Assembly: GCF_006345805.1 (NCBI RefSeq)
Contig: NC_043024.1
Coordinates: forward strand, 6,076,001-6,140,000
Direction: 5' to 3'
Length of the DNA stretch: 64,000 bases
DNA from: Octopus sinensis
Taxonomy: Eukaryota
The notes under the pieces are model-generated. The model did no database searches, was not told the origin of the DNA, and saw only the letters and a list, made by a program, of their open reading frames with translations. The position numbers were made by a program, and so were the translations under genes. This document shows, piece by piece, positions 38,086-50,079 of this stretch (within the stretch, counting starts at the first letter, position 1; each line of letters opens with the position of its first letter).

Positions 38086-40342
38086 CCAAACCTGCAAGAC
38101 TTGGACTTTTCAGCTGAGAGAGGGATTTAGAGGACATGCCTCTACATATGAACATCCACAATTTTATTTAGCTTGATGTGTCTTCAAATTTTGGCACAAG
38201 GCTTGCTAGTTTGGGGGAGGGGGTGAGTTGATTACATCGACCCCACTGCTCAACTGGTCCTTGTTTTATCAACCCTGAAAGGAAGAAAGGGAAAGCTGAC
38301 CTCTGTTGAATTTGAACTCAGAACGTAAAGATGAATCTAAGAAGATAATATTGGTTTCAAATTTTGGCTCCAGGCCAGCAATTTCAGGGATTTCTTTCAG
38401 TTTCCACCTACCAAATCTACATGCAAGGCATTGGTCTGGCAGGGGCTTTAGTAGAAGAAACTTGCCCAAGGTGTCATACAGTAGGACTGAACCCAAAATC
38501 TCATGGTTGCAAAGCAAGGTTCTTAACCATCCGGCCATGAGAAAAAAAAAAACAAAAACAAACAAAAGATAGAGCAAATTTGATAATAATCTTCTAAGTA
38601 TATAAAAATTACAGGATGGTCATATATGGAACCCTTTTGCGCATAGATTTACTTGACCAGAGTTGAATTGAGCTGAACAACAACAACAACAACAATAATC
38701 AGTGGAGCACATGACCTCAATCCTAAGACAGTTTGATGCCTTGTTAAAATATAATTAAAATAATAATTTAATGACAGCTGGAACGATAATTACATGAATT
38801 GTGTTTCTAGGCCAAATATAATTTATATTTTGGTATATGCTAATAAAAGACACTCAATCCACTAGAAATAGCAACCAAATCGCCCAAAATCGCACTACAG
38901 TTCTTTTTTTCTTTAGGTCTTTTGTATATCATAATTATCATCATCATCATTGTTGTCGTCGTTGTTGCTTAACATCCATTTTCCATGCTTTAGTGGGTCT
39001 GTGGCTACCACATGTTATTTTCCATGTGTCCTCAAGATCAGTGGATCTAGTTAAATGATCTTTAGTAATACCCTGCCTGAAGAAACATCCACACTAGTTG
39101 AGATCCCCTTCAGTCATGACTAACCATGGGATTGCACCTAGAAAGTTACTCTCTCAGGCACAAGTCCGGGCAAGGTTGTTTTTTATGGAAGACCAGCAGT
39201 CGCCCATGCATACCGGCCTCCCCTCTCCACGCCACCAGTGTTATCCAAAGGAAAGGCAAAGGGGCCAATACAGCTTGGCACCTGTGACGTCGCAACTCAT
39301 TTTTACAGCTGAGTGAACTGGAGCAATGTTAAATAAAGTGTCTTGCTCAAGAATACAACACGCAGTCCGGTCTGGGATTCGAGCTCACAACCTCACGATC
39401 GTAAGCTCGACGCTCTAACCACTGAGCCATGCACCTCCACACTAGTAATAAAGCAAAATAAGTATTCAAATACAGAATTATTGAGAGGAATTTTAAATTA
39501 TATTATATGAATATGAAAGTCAGAACTTAATGATGATGTGGAAACATATGTTGCAATACACAATTTAAGACTGTGAATTTACATTCTTTTGTTGTTATTG
39601 TGTGAGAGAGTGGTGCACACCATCAAAGTGACACTGGGGTACAAATATACAAAGCCCAATATACCCATAATGACTACCTGTCTGATTAGGGTACATCAGG
39701 CACATGCATCATATGTATGTGACATGGTGATCTCATATCAAGATAAACTGTGTATGACGTTGCAGGTGAGGCCCAGTTAGAATTTTTCATCCTGCTCAAA
39801 AGGTCCCTGAAAAAGAGTTGTTTAAGGTTGTTAAATGAAACGCCTGTGTTTCCAAAGGGAATTATCCAAACCCCAAAGAATTCCTTTCTACACATGATTA
39901 TCATGCTCCCCCACCATTTCTGCTCGTTGTTAGAGATGCTCATATCGTCAGCCACGAAGGGACATGCTCAACTGGTTACGGTCAAACAACTGACAAGCAA
40001 ATCTGTGGAATTGAGCAGAATATTTGCTGTTAGTTTATCTTTTATACTAAGACAAAACAATGTACATGATAACACTTCCAATCAGTTAAGATCAGAAGCT
40101 ATGAGAGCCACTGCCTGGTACTGCATCATTATTATTGTTGTTATTATTATAAGAGATCATTTTTATGAGTAAGAGAGCACATGGAACAATATTTCCACAT
40201 AATCCATTTTTTCTTTTCTTTTTTAAGTGTCCTAGTAGTTGTAGATAGCACCGTTTCACTCTTCTTTTGGGCTCTTCAGTACAACATAACCTGAGATCAT
40301 GAAATTAGTTGGTCTATATTCATGTAAAACCTTTAGGAATTA

Positions 40343-40649
40343 CTTGCAGTATCGCCCGGCGTTGCTCGGGTTTGTAAGGGAAATAACTATATAAGCATTT
40401 TTAGAAAGTTACTTCCCTTATATAACCTGAGCAAAAATCATTAAAAATGTGGAAAAATGATGGTAAATTTTTTTTTAAATCGTAGACTCATCATAGACGT
40501 GCGCTAATACCCAGAAGGGCTCGATATGAATGACGACTATAAGATACCCGCATTTGGTTAAACTGCACCGCAAAATGTGGGAGTAGTTAGGAATCTAAAT
40601 CGGAGGAGACAGAGTCTCACACACACAACTTCAATTTTATATATAAAGA
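40343..40649 (-). mobile_element. Short non-autonomous Helitron, same termini as 19143-19536
   Basis: Reverse complement reads A|TC...CCCG-AGCAACGC-CGGG-CGATACTG-CAAG|T. Confidence 0.7.
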
Positions 40650-40802
40650 TATATGATTGATTTTCTCTTCTTCTCTGTTTTCTTACTCTCTTAACAGTGG
40701 AGAAAAGTTGTGAATAGTCAGAGGCAGGGAGATGAAAGCCCTGGAGTCACTTAAAACTAACATTACACTTAAATATGATTGTTCTTTTGTTTATCTTTAC
40801 AG

Positions 40803-41003
40803 GAATCACAGAACAGAATGAAGAACTCATTAAATGGTGTATAAATACGTCTGCAATGGAGAAGAAAATCAGACTTGCTGCCAGGCAGATGTTTGGCTCT
40901 CTCAACAAGACCCACAAAGAAGTGCTGAGCAAAGATGAGTATATGAAAGCCATAAAGGAAATCCCAGGCGATGAACAGGCACGGAAATTATTGGCTGCAG
41001 CAG
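40803..41003 (+). CDS. WFS1: Wolframin coding exon 2 (phase 1 to phase 1)
   Basis: TTTACAG acceptor and G|GTAATG donor; GITEQNEELIKWCINTSAMEKKIRLAARQMFGSLN matches human [35 protein letters not shown]. Confidence 0.92.
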
Positions 41004-41825
41004 GTAATGGGGTCTGGGATGTATATGTATGTGGCGGTGGTTGTGGTTGCTGTTGTTGTTTCTGTTGTTATTACTGTTGTTGGTGGTGTTGTTGCTGTTG
41101 TTGTTGTAGTTGCTTTTGTTGTTGTTATTGTTGCTGTTATTATTATGTTTATGTCTTATTCAACAGATAGAGGGCAGCACCTCTGACTTTTTGTAGGGTT
41201 TTTTAAGGTGCAGAGGAAAAGAACAGCAAGAATCTATAATTCATGGCATTGCTTCTAAAGAGTACCAAAATATTAGGATCTCTTCTGTTTGGCTGCCACT
41301 TTCTTAAATTTCTTAAATTCTGTTCAAATTGACTTAAAATTCGGTGTATTGATGTAGTTTTGTATGCTAATTATTGACATGAAATTCATTTTCACCATAG
41401 ATCAATAAATAAACGGTGCCTTATGAACCAGGCTTAAATCCTACAGAGCCCACCTCAAGTTTTTGTCATTCCAGGGTCAATAAATAGAAACAATTCTACA
41501 GCAGTGGAATGGCACAATTCTTATAGTACCTTGTAGTGTTTGTTTCAGTTCTTTATATTCTGAGTTCAAACCCTACAAGAGCCTGCTTGGCTGTTAGACC
41601 TAACCATCACTGCGTTGATTAAATTTTCGCTGGTGATGTCACATGCAAACCATATGCACATCAGGTCTTGTGATCTCTCTCTCTATTGGCCAGTAAAAAT
41701 ATAATGCGTGTACATTGTCATTTGAAATGTTGAGAATTCCATAAAGTACCCTTATACCAGAATGAGTTAAATCAGTTCCTGCACATTAAGGGTTAATCTT
41801 AATCCTTCTTTTTCTTCTGTGACAG

Positions 41826-41965
41826 GTAAGAAGATCGGCGATGCCATCTCTGAAGATGCTTTCGTAAAGACCATCTCCAAGAAGATCCAAGGAAAGATTA
41901 ATTTGACTGAAGAAGAAGCAGCTGAACAGTCTGAGGTGTACAAGAGATCAAGCGTTTGGTCAAAG
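41826..41965 (+). CDS. WFS1: Wolframin coding exon 3 (phase 1 to phase 0)
   Basis: Polypyrimidine tract plus GACAG acceptor and AAG|GTAAAA donor; keeps the frame between exons 2 and 4; ISEDAFVKTISKKIQG resembles human IALDDFVEITKKYAKG. Confidence 0.88.
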
Positions 41966-41989
41966 GTAAAAAAGACAAATGTCCATCAT

Positions 41990-42425
41990 CATTGTTATCA
42001 TCATCATCATCAACATCATTTAACACATGTTTTTCATACTGGCATGGGTTGGACAGCTTGACAGGAACTAACAAGGCCAGGGGCCCCACACCAAGTTCCA
42101 TAGTGTGTTTTGGCTTGGTTTCTATGGCTGGATGCCCTTCCTAATGCCAACCACTCTGCAGTTTGTACAAGGTGCTTTTTACATGGTACCATCATCATGG
42201 CATCAGCATCCACACCAATGCTTTTTATGTGGCACCTTGGTTTTCAGATCTAAGTACTGTTGTGGTGGGTGGGTGGATGTCCTTGAGTACAACGATGTGC
42301 CTCATGTCTTCATCCTCTGTCACCTCCTTTATAAGGTCCAGCGTTTTGCGATCAGCCTTCAAAACTTCATCCCATATCTTCATGGCTCTCCCTCTTCCAC
42401 AACTCCCCTCCACTGGTGAAACTGA
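41990..42425 (-). mobile_element. RTE LINE 3' fragment in WFS1 intron 3
   Basis: SPVEGSCGRGRAMKIWDEVLKADRKTLDL plus the family 3' end and (GAT)n tail. Confidence 0.75.
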
Positions 42426-43103
42426 ATAGGTCGATTCTGAATATGCTTTTCTAAGCAGGGGGAAAGAAACTGGAAGAGGGCACTTTCCTATGCCTTGGAG
42501 ATGGCAGAGTAATCTGGGATTTTTCATGGGTTTTACCCTGGATTACTCTAAGTGGACCGCCCCATTATCAGGAGATTCTATTTATTTATTATTTATTTCT
42601 CTACTTTCTGTTAGATATCCTCTGTTATATCCTTTCATGTGGTAGGATCTCCCCTTGGTTCATGTTGACCCCACATGTTTTTGTAAATGTTTTTGTGCTG
42701 TAACTCATCCTTCAATATTGTCCTTAAGGCGGCAAACTGACAGAATTGTTAGCACACTGGGCAAAATGCTTAGCAGCATTTTATCTACCTTTACGTTCTG
42801 AATTCAAATTCTGACGAAGTCGACTTTGCCTTTCATCCTTTCAGGGTCGATTAAATAAATACCAGTTATGCACTGGTGTCAATGTAATTGACTTAATCCC
42901 TTTGTCTGTCCTTGTTTGTCCCCTGTCTATTTAAACCCTGTGGGCAATAAAGAAATAAAAAATATTGTCCTCCATGTCTTGGGCCCTTGTGGCCAATAAA
43001 TGAAATTGTAATTATTAATATTATGTTGTTGGTGTTGTCATTACTATTATCATTACTATTATCATTATTATTATTATAATTATTATTATTACTCTACTTT
43101 TAG

Positions 43104-44867
43104 GTTATGAAACATCCGATGACTACGATCAAAGTTTGTGTCCAGCACGTGTTGGAAGTGGCATCAACTCGAGGAACCAGTTGGCTGCTCTCTCTCATCC
43201 CGACCCGACAAATCTATTTTATGTTGCTGCTCTTCGTCTACAGTTTCATCACTCCAGACCTTATTTTATTTATTTTCCCCCTCTTCTTCTTCTACCTTTC
43301 CATTGCCGCCATGATAATTTCTACCTTGCAGATGTTCTACAGTCGGCAGAAGCTTTCGGAAACAGCTCGGCTGACGTCCGTGTTGAAGAATTTCGAGATT
43401 GGCGTCGACATTGAGAATGTCGAATCTCAGTTCTGCTGGAATTCTATGGCGCCGTATATAGTCTTTTTCCTGTCGGTTTTTACTACAGTTTTCAATTTTT
43501 CTCTGGCCGACAAAATGTACATACCGTGTTCGGAGTTTTGTGTTATCTCCCTGCTGTTAGCCATTAGTTGTTTTATTGCATTAAGTGACAGCTACGACCA
43601 CCTGACCCTAGCATGTTTGGCTACCAACTTACTTGCCTCTCTTCCGACACTTATGAAAAATTTCCCAGACATCCCTATTATAGTCCAACTCCTCCGTTTC
43701 ATCTCGTCCCCGTTGTTTGTGATCAATATTGGGCTTGGATTCAACTTCAACTTCAGCCTCCCGTCCGGTGCCTTCATCACCCTCCTCTTCCTCTTCATAT
43801 TCATGGCTAGGAAGAAATCCTGGCAAGGATTCTACCGTGTCCTCGTTCCTCACCTGGTCTGCTATTTTTGGTGGAACTTTGCCATAATACTCTTTACTTA
43901 CACCACCTGGTGGACCTTGGCTCGCGCCACCGTCGGTTACCTCATGCTGCCCCTGTTAGTGCCACTTTCGTTCTTGACTGCTTGCCTGTCCGTTCTCTAC
44001 TTCATTTTCAGAATTGTACAATCAGCAGTGTTCGGTAAAATTCTGACGACTGCTATTCTGCTCGGGATTCCACTTGCTCTCACGCAAAGCCACCTTTTGC
44101 TCGGAGACCAAATCAGCTCGAAATACCGAGTCGCAAAACGAATTGCAATCGCCATTTTCTGTGTCATTGCTATTGTTCCTTTGTTCTTCATTCAGATTCC
44201 TGCGATGCACGAAGAGACTCAGAGTCAGTTGACATGGCCTGAATACATGCAACGTTGCAGCAGTATTCCTCCAGGTGAGACCAAAGCGACAACTGCAATA
44301 CGCTGTTCGCACCTGCAAGGAATAAAAGTCGCATGGAACGGTACAATTGAAGACATAACCATTACAAAAGTGGAGAATTCGGCAGAGAAATTTCTTGAGA
44401 GTATACCACTGTTTATAGCAAATCATTTACGCTGTGCCTACGGAGAAGCTTATGACTGTAAGGAAGAAAACTTTGAAAATACGGTCGACTACAAACATTG
44501 CCAGCAAATGATGTCTCTTGGCAGGACCTGTCACCTCAAAGAATATGATTACTATACGTTTAAGGTATTTGTTACCATGCAAGGATCTTACATTCAATGT
44601 TCGTTGCTGGCAGATTACCGTTTCCAAGACCAGCTGTTGACTTTACGAGTTGGAGATCGTGTAAGATTCATTGGCCTGATTGCACAAAATTTGGCCCTGG
44701 GTGACCCTATTCTTCATCTCCGCTATATATCTACTGAAGACCGAGATTTGCCTCAGATGATAGAAATTAAGGAAATCCAAGACATTTTCCGAATGAAGTT
44801 AGTCGAGATGTTATCAATAATGGTTCGATTCTTCATGTTTCCTTTATTTGAGTTTGCTTACAATTAG
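43104..44867 (+). CDS. WFS1: Wolframin large terminal coding exon (multi-pass TM region plus ER-luminal domain), 587 aa and TAG
   Basis: VMKHP...WLLSLIPT, IPCSE, LVPHLVCYFW, LTWPEY..C, CSHLQG..VAWNG, NSAE...IP....LRCAYGEAY and FFMFP all match human WFS1 exon 8 motifs; the spliced total of 2322 nt is an open frame. Confidence 0.97.
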   Translation, partial: VMKHPMTTIKVCVQHVLEVASTRGTSWLLSLIPTRQIYFMLLLFVYSFITPDLILFIFPLFFFYLSIAAMIISTLQMFYSRQKLSETARLTSVLKNFEIGVDIENVESQFCWNSMAPYIVFFLSVFTTVFNFSLADKMYIPCSEFCVISLLLAISCFIALSDSYDHLTLACLATNLLASLPTLMKNFPDIPIIVQLLRFISSPLFVINIGLGFNFNFSLPSGAFITLLFLFIFMARKKSWQGFYRVLVPHLVCYFWWNFAIILFTYTTWWTLARATVGYLMLPLLVPLSFLTACLSVLYFIFRIVQSAVFGKILTTAILLGIPLALTQSHLLLGDQISSKYRVAKRIAIAIFCVIAIVPLFFIQIPAMHEETQSQLTWPEYMQRCSSIPPGETKATTAIRCSHLQGIKVAWNGTIEDITITKVENSAEKFLESIPLFIANHLRCAYGEAYDCKEENFENTVDYKHCQQMMSLGRTCHLKEYDYYTFKVFVTMQGSYIQCSLLADYRFQDQLLTLRVGDRVRFIGLIAQNLALGDPILHLRYISTEDRDLPQMIEIKEIQDIFRMKLVEMLSIMVRFFMFPLFEFAYN

Positions 44868-46129
44868 AACTCTTGACGGTAAATTAACTGTTCACATTAC
44901 ATATACATATATGTATACACACGTATATGGATACACACACACACACATATATCCATGTAAGATAGATGTGTGTGTGTGCATACATATGCATGTGTGTGCA
45001 TACTTATGTACGTACATGCATAAATATATACATATATATCTGCATATATGTATATGTGTGTGTGTGTATCTATAAATATTTACTCATTTACTCTTTTACT
45101 TGTTTCAGTCATTTGACTGTGGCCATGCTGGAGCACCACCTTTAGTCGAGCAAATCGATCCCAGGACTTATTCTTTGTAAGCCTAGTACTTATTCTATCA
45201 GTCTCTTTTGCTGAACTGCTAAGTTACGGGGACGTAAACACACTAGCATTGGTTGTCAAGCGATGTTGGGGGGGGGGACAAACACAGACACACAAACATA
45301 TACACACACACACATACATATATACGACAGGCTTCTTTAAGTTTCTGTCTACCAAATCCACTCACAAGGCTTTGGTTGGCCCGAGGCTATAGTAGAAGAC
45401 ACTTGCCCAAGGTGCTATGCAGTGGGACTGAACCCGCAACCATGTGGTTCATAAGCAAGTTACTTACCACGCAGCCACTCCTACGTCTGTATATATATAT
45501 GGAACAAATAATTCACAAGAAAATTTTTGTGAAGATATTATTGACTCTATTATTATCTAGTGTAACAATTTAAAAATGATAATAACAGAATCAATAATAT
45601 ACACATAAATTAGTAAGCACGTGTGTGCACACACACAGTATGTATATAAACTATATATGTATGTATGTATGTATGTATATGCATGTATGTGTTTATGTAT
45701 ACATGCATGTACTAGTATGTGTGTGTATCTGTATGTGTATGTGTGTATGTGTATATATATGTATACATATATAATGTTAGAATTGTATCATAATTTATTA
45801 TAATTTATTAATATTTTCTAACCTTGTTTTGCTGCCTTTATTTTACTTTATTTTATTTTTTTGGTGAATATACATAATTATACATCATTTGTTAAAAGCA
45901 CACTTTCATAATATCATGTCATTAAAACTAGGCTGGACTGAATCAAAGACAAACTTTTACAAGAATTTTCGCAAGGGAAACAAAAGAACTTTCTCTCTGT
46001 CTCACCAAAAGTGCTCTATATTCTTTAAACTGGAGGCATTTAAGTGTTTGAGTTTGAAATCTCAATCATAGGACAGCATGACTTTCAATAAAAATCAAAT
46101 AACTTCGGTTAGAACTGGTGTTTTGATCT

Positions 46130-46895
46130 GTTTTCTTTGAGCTATATTTATGATACATCTGCTAAATGAAATTTGTCTGACCTTTTAAGTCTGCTAATGG
46201 AATTCCCATGTCTTGAAGTCTGAAGATGGGGATAGCTCCAGTTATAAACGGCATTTTTATTCATTTCATTTGTACCATAATAAAGTCTGCTTAACGAAAT
46301 GGAAGTTCTGCATAACAAAATTGTTAAATTTGCTGATGGTGGCTCCTGGTCTTGAAGTCTTGATGAGAATAACTCAAGTTAGGAATGGTATTTTTACCAA
46401 TTAAATTCGTGCCATAATAAAGTCTGCTTAAAGGAATGTAATTTCTGCTTAATGAAATTAGTCTGGAATTGATAAAATTTGCTGATGGAGTCCCCCTGTC
46501 TTGAAGTCTGAAATCTCAGATAACTCAAATTAGGAATGGAATTTTTACCAAATAAATCTGTATTGGAATAAAGTCTGCTGAAAGAAATATCAGATCTGTA
46601 TAATGAAATTTTAGTAGAACATTAAATTCACTGATGGAATTCCAAAGTTTCGAATTTTGATATATGAAGAAAATACAGATAATTTGAGGTAGAAATGGTA
46701 GTTTTATCAATTATGCTTGTCATAATAAAGACTGCTCAAAAAAATGTAAGGTTTGCTTAAAGGAATTTGTCTGAAGTTGTTTAAATTTGTTGATGGACTC
46801 CATGCTTTGAAGTCTAAATATGGAGTTAGCTCTTGCTAGAAATGGAATTTTTACTGATTTAATTTGTGCTATGATAAACTCTCCTTAAAGAAATG
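46130..46895. repeat. Old degenerate tandem repeat, about 5 units of 137-157 bp, downstream of the WFS1 stop
   Basis: Anchor (C)ATAATAAAG(T/A)CTGCT at about 46276, 46413, 46565 and 46721; CTTGAAGTCT recurs with the same period. Confidence 0.85.
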
Positions 46896-48986
46896 TATAT
46901 GGAACTAACTGAAAACAGCATGTTTAATAAAACTTTTGGGATATAAAAAATATGAAGGATGGAAGAAGTAAAAAAGGGTCAGAGGGAATAAACAAACTTG
47001 TTGGGGTTTAAAATGGTTCGTTAAAGCAAGACCTGTGGTGTTGTAAGTCACTGGAAATTTGAATTAAACGAAATTGGCAGCAAAAGACATCCATTCAGCT
47101 GTTGTCAGAGATTAGTCTTGGATTATAGTTCTGCAAGGCATTGGATTAGCTTGTTATGATCAGTTTTTGTGAGTCATCCAGCATGCTAGATATAGCAGTT
47201 AAAGTTCTGTGAAGTCTTAAACACAGACACACTCGCTCATGTAATGTAGTAGTTTGATATGTCTAAGAAAATTGAATGCTTATGACTTTAACCTTAGGTG
47301 ACTGCTTGAATGAGGATGGCCTAGGGCTAAACAATCACAAAAACATAACAGCAACAACAAGAGCAATAACAAAACTGGGGAGTTGAACATGAAAACTATA
47401 ACATTTATAGACATGTATAGTTTCAAAGTAAATATCCATCTTTAGTGTTTCCATATTTATTTTTTCCACCAGAGAACACAACCATTTCTCTCCCCAAAGG
47501 ATTTTAGTTTCAGGAATATTGGTGGCCCCTTTAAAGATGGTGGGATTTAAAATTTATAGAAAATACTTTAAACAGAAAAAAAAAATTACACACCTGTATT
47601 CTATGCATCTTTTTCTTTATTCTTTAATCTCACCAAATATTATGACGAGATAATTATCTCCCTTGTATTAACTGTCCACAAGGGGGACACCATGACTTTG
47701 AAGGATGTTGTTGCAGAAGAGAGGGGAGGGGGAAACTTTTGTCAAATGATTTACCAGTTTCTTAACCTCACCCAATAAATGCAGCTTCTGTGGGATGGAA
47801 GGTGGGGGTGGATATGGGGGTGAAACTGATGAAATTGCTGATCATTAAAATTTTAATGGGTATAGTTCTTTGAAAAGAAGTGGTAAAAAAAATGTACAGG
47901 GAAGATTTTTTTTTCTTTTTTTTTTTTAGTTAATTTTCTTTTCCATCCTATGATGGAGATTTTTCAAAGATGGAATCATTAAATTCTTCCAGCTGAAATT
48001 ATTGGACAAATTACCAATATATATTATATATATATATATATATATATTATTTGATAAACGATGTTTTTATGTGCTACAATTAGTTTCATGCGATGAAAGC
48101 ATCTCAGACAGTATTTTTTAACACATCTGGTGCCTTAGCACAATCTTCAGGCAATGTCCACATGGTATAACAAAGTAAAAATAGGATGAAAGAATAGACA
48201 AGAAAAGGTGAGAAAGAAGTAGATATAAAAGCTGGACTTGTTTTTTCTTCCATCCCATTGTCTTATTTTTAGCCTGTTATGCCATGGGAGAATTGCCTGA
48301 GGATTGTGCTAAGGCACTAGATGTATTAAAAATTACTGTCTGAGATGCTTTTATCACATGAAACTTATACTAGCACATATAGGAACATATATTGTGCTTA
48401 TTAAGTAATATCTCTCACCAGACGAAGTACTTTTTTTGCTGATCTTACCATCACGGAACAGAACACTATAAATATATATCTATGTATATATCATATATGT
48501 CTGTATGTATGTGTATATGTATATATATATATCCAACAGGAACTACAACCAGTCTCTAGGCTGGCTGTAGTCCCCATATCACCTGCTTTGCTTTCAATGG
48601 ATCAAAAAATTATAAAAAAAAAAGAAAAGAAAAAATTGCCTTTTCACTATTCTTATTTGCATTTTGTACAAAAAAATCTTTATTTTTCATAAATGCTTTT
48701 TTTAAAATTCATCTACTGTTTGTTGTATTTATTTCTTTATTGCTGAAAGGGGGTTAAACATAGAGGGGACAAACAAGGACAGACAAAAGGATTAAGTCAA
48801 TTACATTGATCCCAGTGTGTAACTGGTACTTATTTAATCGACCCCAAAAGGATGAAACGCAAAGTTGACCTCAGCGGAATTTGAACTCAGAATGTAGTGG
48901 CAGATGAAATACCGCTAAGCATTTTGCCTGGCATGCTAACAATTCTGCCAGCTCGCCACCTTAACCAGCTCACCTTTTTGTTGTTG

Positions 48987-49053
<67 letters not shown>

Positions 49054-49886
49054 GGCAGTGAGCTGGCAGAATCGTTAGCACACTGGGCAAAATGCTTAGC
49101 AGTATTTTGTCTGTCTTTATGTTCTGAGTTCAATTTCTGCCGGGATCAACATTGCTTTTCATTCTTTCAGTGTCGATAAATTAAGTACCAGTTGCATACT
49201 GGGGTCGACAGAATTATTGCCCTTGTGGCAAAATTTGAAGCCATTATTATTCTTTCATTTATGTTGCTTTGTTTTATATGAGTTGTTCTGAGTCTCACCC
49301 TGAAACCTCAGCAGCAAGTTGGTTATTTCAGTGGCTGTTATTTATGAGCAGCAACGATATATTCCATAGAAAGGACATCAAATATCTGCTAGAAATAGCA
49401 ACCAAATCACACCCTCAAGTAGGAAAAATATTCCATTGTAGAGAAAGAATCACGTCTGGAGAGTCTCTGGTGCATTTGTCATTGTAGATGGGAGACAGAG
49501 AGAGAGATATAGCAGTGGTAGTAGTGGAAGATGTTGCATTAGTTGTTGTTGTTGTTGACATGGCCAAATTGAAGTCTATGGTAGGATGCCCTTCCTGTCA
49601 CCAACCCTCAATAGTTTCCAAATAAGGTAATATTTTGCCATGACCAGAATATGATTGAAAGCACATTAAAAACTTGTATGACACAGACACTCATTTCCAA
49701 CCATCATGTGATGCAAGAATTATGAATAACATGAGGACAAGATAACAAGACAAAAAGTGTATTAGGTTTACGCTCTGGAGAAATGGAAAGAAAAGTCTTT
49801 TATGTTTTAAACATATGTTGTTCTACAGAAAAAAATAGACAAAGAGAGTAAAAATATGGAGAGAGAACAGGCAGATAGTTACGGCA

Positions 49887-49930
<44 letters not shown>

Positions 49931-50079
49931 GTGTGTGTGTGTGTATATATGTATATATATATATATACATGCATATATATATATACACGAATACATACAT
50001 ACATATATATATACATGCATACATACACATATACATGCATACATACACACATATATATATACATACACACACACATACA

